Shown here: one piece after another, positions 38,881 to 51,076 of the stretch | How positions within the stretch are numbered: position 1 is the stretch's first letter | Layout: each line of letters starts with the position of its first letter | DNA from: Eledone cirrhosa | Taxonomy: Eukaryota | Assembly: GCA_964016885.1 (NCBI GenBank) | Contig: OZ024742.1 | Coordinates: 210,862,001 to 210,926,000 of the forward strand | Length of the DNA stretch: 64,000 nt | Reading direction: 5' to 3' | The notes under the pieces: model-generated | Seen by the model: only the letters and a program-made list of their open reading frames with translations | What the model was told of the DNA's origin: nothing | The model's database searches: none | Translations under genes and position numbers: made by a program

Positions 38881-40222
38881 CTGGCCAAGTATTAGTACCA
38901 TATGATTTTATTCATCTTAATCTTTAGTGCACATATTCCACTTTGTTGAAAAAAATCGTAAGCTTTAAATGTGATGTTCAATTAAACCGGCCGTATCAGG
39001 CCAGAATTCTCTTAGCTCTTTCTCTTCAAACTGTCCAAAACTGGCTGCTTATACTGACATTAGGGTATTGTTCTCAAAATAATTAATATCAAAATCTCAT
39101 AGATTCAATATTATTTGAGATAATTATGTGAGGTAAAGCCTTTACCATGGAAATACAATAGTATATATATATAGAGAGAGTAATGTAAATGCTAAAGGTT
39201 AAATGATGTTCATTTTTGTGCACTGAATAACTGCATTTAGTTAATTTTAAAGTTTCATCATTTGAAAGAGTAAAAAATGTTCTTTCTATTCATATATAGT
39301 TTGAATTTAAATCTAAATGAGTATAACACTAGTCAATCATTATAAATAATAGTTGAGCAAATCTGATACAGTATCCCTGCAGTCATAAAAAGTGGACAGA
39401 GATGTGTGTGTGTGATCATCATCATCATCATCATCATTCTCTGCTAGCAAGGGTTGGATGGGTCTACATCTGAAGTGGGGCTACTGACCTCCCAGGCAGG
39501 CCAGTGGCTCTGCATCTCACATGCATACGCTCATGTTCTATTGAGTGCAAAGAAGTTGTCACAACTTTTGACACAAACTGAAGGGTCCTTCCAACCCCTC
39601 GTTGGTAAATATTCTAATGTTGGATGCCCTTCTTAACATCAACCACTTTACAGCATGTACTGTGTGAGTAATAAATAAGTAAAAAAGCAATGTTTTAAGA
39701 ATGTAAAAATACATAAACATCATGTTTACTTAGGTATTCCTTTCTTTATTACATAATAACCATTGCCCAAAAGTATAGAAGAGGGGGGGGGGGCAAAGAA
39801 CAACTTTTTAATGTTTATTTCAAACTTTTTTTATATACGTAAATAAAACCATTATTGCTCTAATCAGTCCACAAACACTCTAAACCAAACACCAACCTGC
39901 ACTCATGACTCCCGCCAAAATAAACCATACTTACCCTCCAAATTCGGCAAACTAAACACAGACCACCCATATGTATTATGTATGTACCCATCTATCTCTA
40001 TATTATTTTACATGGTATCAACAACACGTTTGTTATGTGCATGTAAAACCTACATCATGTGAATAGCCATAAAAGAAAAGTATGAATTATCAAAAATGTT
40101 CTTAAATTTGTAATTACTTCATGTGAGGGTATCTATAAACACTTTAATGTCTGACCAATAGCCACATTCTGTAAAATGTGGCCCAAAATTTCAGAATAGC
40201 ACAAGTGATTCTAATATGGCAA

Positions 40223-40672
40223 ATAATTGTTTCTACTCTAGGCACAAGGCCAGCAATTACCCAGTGCATTACTGGTACTTTATTTTATCAACCCCGTAAG
40301 GATGAAAGGCAAAGTCAACCTCGGCGGGATTTGAACTCAGACCGTAAAGGGACGTAACTATGCTGGAAAGCATGGCGTCCGACTCTCTACCGATACTGCC
40401 AATCCACCGGGAAATAATGATTTCTGATTTAGGTACAAGGCCAACAATTTGGGGGGAGGAGAAAGTTGATTAAATCAATCCCAGTGCATTACTGGTACTT
40501 TATTTTATCGACCCTGTAAGGATGGAAGGTAAAGATAACTTTGGCAGGATTTGAACCCTTGCAAGCAGGGAAGAGCGGACGTAGAATGATGATGATGATG
40601 AATGTAAAGAACTGTAACTCTATGCTGCAAACCATGTTGTCCGACACTACCGATACTGCCAAGCCACCACCC
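40223..40672 (-). mobile_element. Two family-A SINEs; the second is interrupted by a ~46-bp RTE family A 3' tail (40556-40601)
   Basis: Consensus match; the insert CCCTTGCAAGCAGGG..(ATG)n equals the RTE 3' end. Confidence 0.8.
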
Positions 40673-40989
40673 TGGGAAATGAGATTTGTAAAAACTTGCA
40701 ATTATTTCTGACATCTTTCCAACAACCTTACCTATACACATACATATACAAAAGATGATTCTCCAGTTGAATGGCAAAGATTCACTAACCCAATACATTA
40801 TAAGCACTGGCTCCCACACTAGTTCTTATTTCTCTCTCCTATTTCTACTATAACAGCCTGTATTTCTCTAAACAAGGAAGCTGCATATAACCATAGTGTT
40901 AAATATTTCACATAAAAACAAAACACTAAGTGTGTCCATCGGTCAGACATCACAAGGGGCGCCAGAGCCTGCCCCTAATACTTTTTTAG

Positions 40990-41195
40990 GAAAGCTAACA
41001 CACTTGCAGCATTATAACTGTTATCCAATCCCTTCTGTTATTGTGCTCTCACTCCCCAGAACCTACATTAAACACTCCCAATCATTCCTCACCAAAGTTG
41101 AAATTGTCTGGAATTCCCAAAATGGCTACATTTTTTCTGCAGCCATTGATCTATAAATATTCAAATAGAAACATCAATCACATCCACTCACAAAT
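40990..41195 (+). mobile_element. CR1/Jockey-like LINE 3' remnant
   Basis: PRTYIKHSQSFLTKVEIVWNS...IDL*IFK resembles the LINE ORF2 terminus. Confidence 0.4.
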
Positions 41196-41720
41196 GTAGG
41201 GTGGCTTGCAAGATCAATGGCACCAAAAAATGACCTATACTTATGAGCATAATTATTCATTTCTAAGAAAAATCAATTAATAACGGTAGCTTTTATATAA
41301 TCAGCTGTTTTCTTAGATATATGTTCCTCTTCTTTTACTGAAACTAGTTAGACTTCAATTTTTAGAATAAAATCCTGATTCGTGGTTTAATAACCTTAAT
41401 ATCCTAAATGATATCCATTAAAGAAAGACATGAATTCAGAAATGATATGTAAATTTGGATATCAAAATTGTCAAAAATGTATAAGAAAAAACATACAAAT
41501 AAAATACAGAGTTACTAACTCATATTGTTACCCTGCAATTAACAAGCTCAAAGTATAAATACTGAGCATTATATAATAATATATGTAGAAATAAACACAG
41601 TAAATTCTGTGTCTAAAATTACGAGGGTAGAGAAACCACGTTTGTTTTATATATTTAACCTGAAACATACAGTAAGATATAAAATTTTATACACAGAACG
41701 TATCGATAACCATTTCATCG

Positions 41721-41801
41721 CTCGGACAGATTAGAGATTTAATCTGTTTCGCCCTGAAAATTGTGTTTGTAACAGATAATCCCTAGGCTTTCCTCAGCGA
41801 G
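41721..41801 (-). ncRNA. Type-I hammerhead ribozyme
   Basis: Minus strand: CTCG-CTGAGGA-AA-GCCT..GGGC-GAAA-CAGATTA(AATCTC)TAATCTG-TC-CGAG, with a GUC cleavage triplet. Confidence 0.65.
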
Positions 41802-42166
41802 AGATAAGATCAAATGAAACAAAACACATCTAACTACAATCCACAGGAATGAATATCAGACCTCGTGTGTTGGACGTTATACGTGGTATGAGTGGATATG
41901 CTAGAAATAACAGCCTTATTACACTCAACTTATAAAGCTCACCTAGTTAGGGAGTCGAAATACAGAGTTACTAACTCATATTGTTACCCTGCAATTAACA
42001 AGCTCAAAGTATAAATACTGAGCATTATATAATTTTAGACAGAATTTACTGTGTTTATTTCTACATATAAGAAAAAACATATTAAGATAAAAATAAATAG
42101 TTTGTTATAAATTTGTTAAACATTATGATTTTTTTTTAACACTTACTACTTACTGTTAAACTGAAT

Positions 42167-43294
42167 TTATAACCAACGATGTATACTAGGGTTAGCTTTG
42201 ATCTTTTTCCCAAAAATTTCGGGCAAAACCTCTTCAGTAAAAGCATCAGGTTGTTGCCTATAAACCATATTTGGCTGTACAATAATGTTATAATTATCAT
42301 AAGTATGTCTGGAGTTTAAATTCTTGTTCATTTCGTTAATTTGATTAGCCTTGTTTCCTTTCTTTGACACTGGAGGACCTTTTGTTTTAAGTATTGAGTT
42401 AATCTCATGTGAGCTAACATTAGAATTTGTTTGAGAGATTTTTTGCATCATTGATTTAAGTTCAATAGCTGAAACTAAATCTGCATTCTGTAACTGAGAA
42501 TAAACAGTTGAGTTATAGTAAATCGTTTTACCAAGTTGGTGTTCTCTAGGAACTAAATCATGAAAAAACATTTCTTTAAATTTGTCAAATATTGTTGCAT
42601 ATGTATGCTTTGCCTTGATATCAGCACTTTTACTTTTTAGAATCTGATGGTTATTCAATTTTTTTTTTTCAAAAGTGAAGGGATTATCACCACTAATTCT
42701 CAAATCAGAAAGTGAGGTTGAAGATGATGCATTTTTACTTTTTGGTGGCTGAAAGTTATTATCAGCCTCCAATGAGTTGCAACATGTTTTATTTATATTT
42801 TCATCAACTAAATTGACATCTTTTTGGCTGGGAATTGGCTCATTCAAAGGAAGCAAAATACGTTTCCCAAAATTTCTTTTCCTATAGTTTAGTGTATCCG
42901 TAAAAGTTTCAGCAGATTTTGAGACCTGATAGACTCCATTCAAAGGAATGTACTCATAACTCTCTGAATTATATATCGATTTTAAATTATTTGTGAACAA
43001 TAGTTTCACTTTTTTACGGTCAAAGCGATAGTTACCAAAATACCCTAAATTACGAGACTGTCCATTGATTTTTTTTTTTAATTTTGATGTATTTTTTTGT
43101 TCAGGCATATGTATAAAGGTGACTTTTTTCCAACCATCAGTAATTCCATTCAACATTTCTATATTAACAGAATTGTTATCAAATTGGCACTGGTTTACTT
43201 GAAAGCTGAAACTTAAAAGTGTCTGTATTGTAGAAAGTTTTAAATCAACACAGTCACTTTCAAAAAAAAGACTTCTCCTTTTGCCATTAAACAT
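42167..43294 (-). CDS. Uncharacterised 375-aa Lys/Asn/Ser-rich protein, single coding exon
   Basis: 1.1-kb stop-free ORF in very AT-rich DNA; GCCATG start with an in-frame stop 7 codons upstream; acceptor ttttag at about 43415; AATAAA about 110 nt after the stop; no TE motifs. Confidence 0.7.
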   Translation of the reverse strand: MFNGKRRSLFFESDCVDLKLSTIQTLLSFSFQVNQCQFDNNSVNIEMLNGITDGWKKVTFIHMPEQKNTSKLKKKINGQSRNLGYFGNYRFDRKKVKLLFTNNLKSIYNSESYEYIPLNGVYQVSKSAETFTDTLNYRKRNFGKRILLPLNEPIPSQKDVNLVDENINKTCCNSLEADNNFQPPKSKNASSSTSLSDLRISGDNPFTFEKKKLNNHQILKSKSADIKAKHTYATIFDKFKEMFFHDLVPREHQLGKTIYYNSTVYSQLQNADLVSAIELKSMMQKISQTNSNVSSHEINSILKTKGPPVSKKGNKANQINEMNKNLNSRHTYDNYNIIVQPNMVYRQQPDAFTEEVLPEIFGKKIKANPSIHRWL

Positions 43295-44223
43295 GGCATT
43301 GATATAAAAACGTTAAAGCATTATATTTTCCAAGAGAATTCAGTTGCCAATCCACTTAATAAAATGTTCATAATCCTATTTTCCTGTACATTGGTTTAAA
43401 CAAGAATTTTCAAACTAAAAATATAAAAATAACAATTATAAATAAAACTTTGAAATAAGCAAGTAAAATTTTTAATGTAAAAGTGAAAATTAGAAAGTTA
43501 TTAAAAAAAATAGACACACACAATTGCTGATATAAACCAGCAAGAAAGCCTCTACATAGTTGTCCAACATACTAGAAACAGCAGCCAAATCTCTTTTATA
43601 TCACACTTTGCCATCTTGAAAAAGGAAAAGGAAACATTGGATAATACTTAATTTTACCATCAAGCCCAAAAGCACCTAAGATAGACTTGATCTCAGTGTA
43701 ATTTGAACTCAGAGCACAGAAACACAGAAGAAATACCATAAAGCATTTTGTTCTACATTTTAATAGCTCTGCCAAGTTACCATCATATTATTTAGTTCAA
43801 TATTAAGTCTATGCCACCACTAATAAGCAAAGTCAGTCCACTCCTCTAGGTAAGAGAATCATAGAAAGCAATGAAGCCAATTCTCCATTCCAAGCTGCTG
43901 GAAAGGCTCTGTGATTTAACCAAAAAGTTGAATTTCAGAGCAAAACTAAATATCTATTGATATGACTCCACCATCAGCAGCATCATGTTTCATCTGTTTT
44001 TCCGTACTGACTTGGGTTGGGCGGGTTATTATATACAAAATCAGTATTTATTTGGAGTTACTGTCTTCCTAAATTAGTAAGAGTGCCACATCTCACAAAT
44101 ACATTCCATATTGGAATGGTTTTTATGGCTTGGATATGCTTTCTCATTCTATACATATATCTTTTCATTTGAATTAAATATATATATGTATATATATACA
44201 TCAAATGTAAGCCCAAATCTCAT

Positions 44224-44224
<1 letters not shown>

Positions 44225-44285
<61 letters not shown>
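44225..44285. repeat. (TA)n microsatellite
   Basis: TA run. Confidence 0.9.
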
Positions 44286-44290
<5 letters not shown>

Positions 44291-44383
44291 GATTGAATTA
44301 TTTAGTGAGAAATAGAATCAATCTATAAATCTATTTATTTGATTAAAGAACATTATAATTATATACATAAATAACATTACAAA

Positions 44384-45480
44384 TTGCTGACAATTCTTTC
44401 AGAAATAAAAAACAAACACAAATATAAACATATAATAAATACAATACACAAAAAATATATCTAATATAATACATATAAACAATTTAAAAAAGAAGAAAAA
44501 AAAATGGGGGGGGGGGGGCAATTCACCACCATTTGAGACAATCAGCTGCACATCCCATTATAAGGGTTAACTAAACACTTTGAGGCAAGTAAATACGCTC
44601 GCATCATTACCATGGGTGATGGCGAGGCTAAGGCGCTGAAACAACCAGGCACCTTCACGGACATCACCTGACACCTCAGTAAAATTGGCTGCCAGCGATA
44701 ACAAGAACTTCACTGTCAGTGGCCCAACTCCACCAAATGTCTCAAACGCCACAGGCTGGAAAAAATAATTATTAGGGAAATCCAGGTATTTCTGAATTTT
44801 TTTCTGTTTGGCAACAGAAGCAGCAACCCACACATTTACGACAGAGTCCATGATGTGAGTGGGAGCAAAAGAGTTGCTGACTGTAATGTCCCAAATGAGA
44901 CACCTACCGCTTACACAGGGACAAAGAGTAAGGCCGTCTGGTCTCTTCTCCATCACTTCTGGATAAACCAGCTGGTTCCAGAACTCTGGGGATATTTATC
45001 CAAGCCAGGGCCCATTTGATGATCAGGTTTAACTTGGTGTGTTGGGCGAAACGACCAGCATTCAGGCGGCAGGACAAACCATGTAAACCGGTGGAACGAG
45101 TGACCTACCACAGCGGCATCTCAGACCCCTACAGACATCAGCTCTCACTAGAAGTGCAATGGAGATGCGGAGCTCGTCCTGACTGAGACGGCCCCCAATG
45201 TTGGTTACCAGTCCCTCAAGAACTTTGTACTTGCAGAAAGTAAGCAGCACCTAGAAGATTGATTGGAATGGTCAAAGAGAGAGTTGAAAGTTACCCTTAA
45301 ACGCAGATTGTCCCATGCTCTCTGCTTCCATCTATCCTCACCAGTAGCGGGAACTGACAAACCCAGCTCTTTCCACTGTAGTAAAGTTTCATCCAACTCC
45401 TTGGTGGAAGGAGTTGGAATTCACCCACTAATGGGGAGCAAGTATGGATGTAGGAAAATACATCTAATTTTCTAGAGAGA
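44384..45480 (-). mobile_element. CRE-like RLE non-LTR retrotransposon 3' part (copy 1)
   Basis: CRC..HGLSC knuckle, RPDG..WDIT..KKIQKY..PVAFETFG..FQRLSLAI PD-(D/E)XK endonuclease, and 3' UTR. Confidence 0.8.
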
Positions 45481-45691
45481 ACTACGAAAGTACCAGTCAA
45501 GTACTGGGGTCGATTATTCCCCTCTGTCTCTCTATCTCTCTCACTCCCTTTCTTTCTTTGGAAGATATAGGTTGTTCCAGCCTGAAAGAATGATGGGCTC
45601 TGCCAAGATTAAAATACTCAAGACACGCCGTGTGTCAGGACTCCATCAAGAGTTAAGCGCCCTTTACACTACGATTACTAATAGTAATAGA

Positions 45692-45875
45692 TAATTGTTT
45701 CTACTTTTGGCACAAGGCCAACAATTACTCAGTACATTACTGGTACTTTATTTTATCGACCCCGTAAGGATGAAAGGCAAAGTTAACCTCGGCGGGTTTT
45801 GAACTCAGATCATAAAGGGTCGTAACTCTTTGCTGCAAAGCATGGCGTCCGACCCTCTACCGATATTGCCAATCC
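45692..45875 (-). mobile_element. Family-A SINE
   Basis: Consensus match. Confidence 0.85.
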
Positions 45876-46343
45876 ATAGATAATGTAGTTAAGCATGTCA
45901 TCATATTTTTATTATATTAATCAGATGTGTCGTATTAAGACGGTGGAATGCGATTTCAGGGAGATTCAGCTGCTCTTGCTAGCAGTTCGAGTGACCATTA
46001 AGTGGCATCCTTATTGGTTTAACTTTTTTTTAAAAACTATTTAGTATGACAAATATGTGTTGTCAGTAATTTGTTGGCGATACACAAATGAAAATGGCTG
46101 CACAAGGTTTGTGTTGACAAATCATCTTCAAGGGGTTTGGATTCAATAAAAATTACATTAATTTTGAAATTACAATTAAATAAACATAAAACTTTTTTTG
46201 TAATTGATATACGAAAATACACTAAATTTCTCCATACTTACAATTGTTTTGAAGCTTGTTGCTATTTTCCTGCATTTTTAGTTTTCGATAAGACGAACAT
46301 GCGTTATATATATACATGCATATATGTGCGTGTGGTGTGTGTG

Positions 46344-46374
<31 letters not shown>

Positions 46375-46377
46375 TCC

Positions 46378-46415
46378 CGAGCTGAAGATCCGCTAAGGTG
46401 AAACAATTGTTCTCG
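46378..46415 (+). ncRNA. Minimal type-I hammerhead ribozyme (Penelope-type)
   Basis: CGAG-CTGAAGA-TCCGCTAAGGT-GAAA-CAATTG-TT-CTCG; palindromic stem III, weak stem II. Confidence 0.55.
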
Positions 46416-46635
46416 CTATGGTGAACTAACTGTTGTGTAACCACTTCTCTCTCTCTATATATATATATGTGTGTGTGTGTAATATATGTGTGTGCTAGGA
46501 AGAATAACGGACGTTATATTATGATAAAATCCGCTAAAACGATACTTATATTTCACGGTCAAAATAAACATTAAAAAAACACTCCTAGATGTTTAGCAGT
46601 ATAAGTACAACCCAAAACAGTAATAGCGTCACACA

Positions 46636-46649
46636 GTTACTATAGTAAC
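46636..46649. promoter_or_regulatory. Candidate RFX X-box
   Basis: Perfect palindrome GTTACTATAGTAAC fits GTHNYYATRRNAAC and lies in non-repeat, CpG-containing sequence. Confidence 0.45.
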
Positions 46650-47741
46650 GCCGTCACCTCTCGTACATGATCAGAAACAAGTACATTATGTACTGGGTAA
46701 TTGCTGGCCTTGTGCCAAAAAAGTAGAAACAATTATTTATTTATACTTAGGAATTACTTGTCGATTCATAAGTTACTTTATTTTCTCGGAGTTGGTCCTT
46801 ATAAATTTTCGTTGTCTCTCCAACCCTTTGACAACCTAATCTTCAGTAAACTCGAATGTTTAGTCAACGTCAGTCTCTCTCCAGAGTTCCGCGATCAGGC
46901 TGCATTACCCAAAACGGTCTGGGTGCCTAGGTCTGCGTAAATGCACGTCTTTGTCTCTTCCCTGCTTTTTTTCCTCCATTCACGTTTGCTCCCCTATGGT
47001 GGGTAACTTTCCAACATTGACGAGTTCCAACAGGGAGATGGATGAAGCTCTGCTACAGTGAGGGGATCTAGATTTGTCATTTCCTGATACAGATTAAAAT
47101 AGGCTGAAGCAAAGATTATGGGACAATCTGCGTTCGAAAGATACCTTCAACTCTCTCTTTGATCAATCTGATCAATATTCAAGGTATCACCTACTTTCCG
47201 CAAGCACAACATTTTCGGGGGACTGGGTTGCTGCCCTGCCTGTGGCCAACATTGGTGGTCTTCTCAGTCTGGATGAGTTCCGCATCTTCATTGCATTCAA
47301 AGCGAGAGCCGATGTGTGTAGGGGACTGAAATGTCGTTGTTAGGCCCCTTGATTCCACAGACCCTCATGGTTTGTCTTGCCGCGTTGTTCGCCACACCAA
47401 GCTAGACGTAATCATTAAGTGGGCCTAGCTCGGGTAAATATCCCTTCAGTTCTGGAGCCGGTTGGATTATCCAGAATTGAAGGGAAGAGACCAGATGGTT
47501 TTATCCTTTGTCCATGGGTAAGAGGTAAATGTTTCTGTGGGGCTGCCGTGGGAGGGGGGCTGCCGGAAGCAGGAGGACGGGGGCGACACGAGATACCAAG
47601 CGGTGGGCAGCGGCCACTTGGCTGTTGGCACTGTAACGTGACGGGTCGTGTGAAGATAGACGCTTGTGGAAGTACCCCCCACGTGGACGGTGGAACGAGT
47701 GATAGAAAGACGCAAGGTAAGTCCGAATGCCTCCGGCTACA

Positions 47742-47753
47742 AGCTATTTCAGC
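47742..47753 (+). promoter_or_regulatory. Non-canonical primer-binding site AGCTATTTCAGC
   Basis: Abuts the terminal CA of the 5' LTR; 11/12 identical to the element-1 site. Confidence 0.65.
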
Positions 47754-50700
47754 GTTTAATGAATTTTCCCATCTTTCGGCATTCTTACTCCCGGCACGGC
47801 AACCTTTTAGTTTACCTTTTTTACGTGGGGTATCGTTGTTGACTTTTCCGATCTCGCAGGGGAGATGGCAGCGAAACTGAGATTGAATAGCGAGGCGATC
47901 AAGGCTTTTAACGGCGAGGGAGATGTTGTGGCCTGGTTGAGAAAAATTACATTGGTTGCCTTGCAGCAAGGCATTGACAACGTTGCTGGTTTGATATATC
48001 TCGACGGAGATGCACTGGCATTGTACCTCGAGATGGACGAAAGAGACCAACTGAACGCGGAGAAGATAGGGCAACGACTTAAGGAAGCGTTAACCGAGGG
48101 GCCGTACGCTGCTTTTGCCAAGCTAGGTAGATCGAGATGGAAGGGAGAACACGTGGACGTGTTCGAGACGGCGTTACGGCGGTTGGCTACGTTGGCCGGA
48201 TTCGCGGTAGAACCTGAATGTGCCGTGCGGTTGGCCTTTATGAACGGGTTCCCCAACGAAATCTCCGAGAAGCTCCAACAGCTGCCTGGCAACAGAGAGA
48301 TGAGCGAGCTCATCGCACAGGACACGTATGACGAAAGGAGACCAGTAGTTGTGAATAGTCGTCCGCGTGCGTTCGGAGGCCGGTGCTTCAGGTGCCAGGG
48401 CCCGCACATGGTAAGGGACTGCAGACAGCCGAAGCCAGCCATAGTCTGATATCGCAGCAAGTGACCAGGCCACATCGCCAATAATTGCGACCAAAGAAAT
48501 GGTCCAAGGGGGACTACTGCGCCGGTAACCACCCCTGGAAGCGAGTAGAGGGGCTTTTCAGTCGCTGCTCCTTGTAGAAGTTCGGTGTGTGTGTGTGGGG
48601 GGGGGGGGGGGGGGGTTCGCGAACACTCGTGGATAAGGGTTGCATGACAACGCTAGTGACCACGGAGGTGGTTAAAAGATGGAGCGGGATGAGCAGTATA
48701 AGGTCAGTCGACGGCAGGGAGATTAGATGCAGCGGTTGACCAGGTGGTGGACGGAATCGATGTATTAATGGGCATGGATGCGATTGGCTGCTTAGGAGGT
48801 GTTACAGTGAGTGAAGTCGGAGTAACGTTTGATAGCGAGAGGACATCGTGTGCCGTGAGTGTGCTGGGAGGTTCCACGAAGAACAGGGAGATCCACGAAG
48901 AAAATACCATACAGGATAAGGATTTCAGAGCGGTGTTCGATGGTCAGCGGTGGGTAGTTGAGTGGTACTGGAAGGGAGATCCACCAACGCTGAAGGATAG
49001 TGGGCTGCTATCAGCATACCCTGAAAGGAAATGCCAGAAGCGAGTTTGAGGGTGAGGTACAGAGATGGACTGAGGAGGGTGTACTGCTTCCTTGGAAGGA
49101 GGAGGTGAAGTGTGGAGTGTTGCCACTAATGGCAGTGGTGCAGCCCACGAAGAACAAGGTTAGGCCGGTGTTGGACTTTCGTGAGCTGAACGAACACGTG
49201 TCATGCCACACAGGTGGCGAAGTCACGGTTGTTTGCGGGAAAACCTTCCGAGAATGGAGACGAATGACGGGGGCCTCCACGATTGTCGTCTTAAAATCGG
49301 CATATCTGCAGTTACATGTGGATGAGAAGCTGTGGAAATATCAGCTGGTCAGGTATAAGGGCCAGATATACTGCCTGACCAGACTTGGCTTCGGGTTGAA
49401 CTCTACACCAAAGATCATGGTGATAGTCCTCAAGGCCATTCTGGGAAAGCAGACAAGATGAGGAGGGCCACCAATTCCTACATCGACGACATCTTGGTGG
49501 ACGAGACGGTGGTGTCAGCAGCAGAGGTCTCAGGCCACTTGGGAAGGTTCGGGCTGACCATGAAACCATCGGAGGCGATGGAAGGAGGAGCCGCGCTAGG
49601 ACACAAGCTGCAAAGAAATAAGACGAGCACAGTGGTGTTCCGGAATGGTAACGAAGTCCCGGAACTGGGTCCCGATATGAATAGACGGGAACTCTTCTCA
49701 ATGTGTGGTAAATTGGTGGGCCACTATCCGATCGCAGGGTTGCTCCGGACGGCATGCAACTATGTCAAGAGACAAGCAGACGGAGTGAGCTGGTGTGACA
49801 GGGTTGGAGAGAGGACAGTGGCCATGATGCAAGAAATCGTGGAGTGGGTTAAGGCGGATGTCCCAGTGAGAGGACGCTGGTACGTCCCCAAATCGGAGAG
49901 CGCGACCGTATGGTGTGATGCCAGCAGCATAGCACTAGGGGTCACTCTGGAGATAGGGGGCGTCGAGGTCGAGGACGTAGCCTGGCTCAGGAAGAAGGAG
50001 GACTGCAACCACATCAACATGGCCGAACTCGATGCTGTGCTGAGAGGAGTGGATCTCGCCATGAGATGGGGGCTGTGCACTATAGAAATTGGCACTGGTT
50101 CGGCCACTGTACTCGGATGGGTGAGATCAGTACTTACCGGTGAGAAGAGGGTGCAAACGAGAGGGGCAGCATAAATGTCGATAAAGCACCGCCTTGGAAC
50201 TCTGGGAGAGCTGTCTACCGAATTCGGCCCGGAGTTGAGTGTGGTTTTTGTACCCTCAGAGAAAACCAGGGCAGACGTATTAACCAGGGTGAAGAAAGCC
50301 GGGCTGGAAACGCCAGAGAACGCAGAGAAGGGGATAGCTGCAGTGTGTCGGCTGAGTGATTCGGAGTTGAGGGGACTGCACGCTATGCACCTCATGGCTG
50401 TTCCTAGCCAGAAGAATCGACTCTGATGTTAGCAGACAGTATCCAGAGAGTGGTCGGAGGTTGGGACAGATGCCGGTCTAGCGACCCTGCCCCGGGTGTG
50501 CACGAGACAGGCAGTATCCCGGTGGAGCACAACTGGAAGCGATGGCGGTGGACGTGACACACTACCGACAAGGAACGTATCTCTCGATGGTCGATTGTGG
50601 GCCAGGACGGATGGCGATATGGAGGGAAATGAAAACAGGGATTGCGGAGGAAATTGCGCGGACGCTGAGAGATATTCTTGGAGCGGAGCCCTGTGGATGA

Positions 50701-50996
50701 ACTGCTGATGGACAACAGCACGGCGTTTCGCTTGGAGGCGCTGGCTGAGGGATATGCTTGACAAGTGGCAGGTGAACCTCTTCTTCAGAGCGACATACAG
50801 GCCGAGTGGTAATGGGTCGTGGATAGACACCATCGCACGATCAAGGCCATGGCGGAAAGGAGGCATATTTCACCAATGGAGGCAGTGTTCTGGTACAACA
50901 TGTCTCCTCGGGTGGGACAGGCCGAGGAGTCGGTACCGCACAGGGCAATATATAGATACGAATGGCGACACCCGTGCACGGTACCACAGCAGCCGG

Positions 50997-50998
<2 letters not shown>

Positions 50999-51074
<76 letters not shown>
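50999..51074 (+). repeat. (GA)38 microsatellite inside the integrase
   Basis: Pure GA run. Confidence 0.95.
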
Positions 51075-51076
<2 letters not shown>

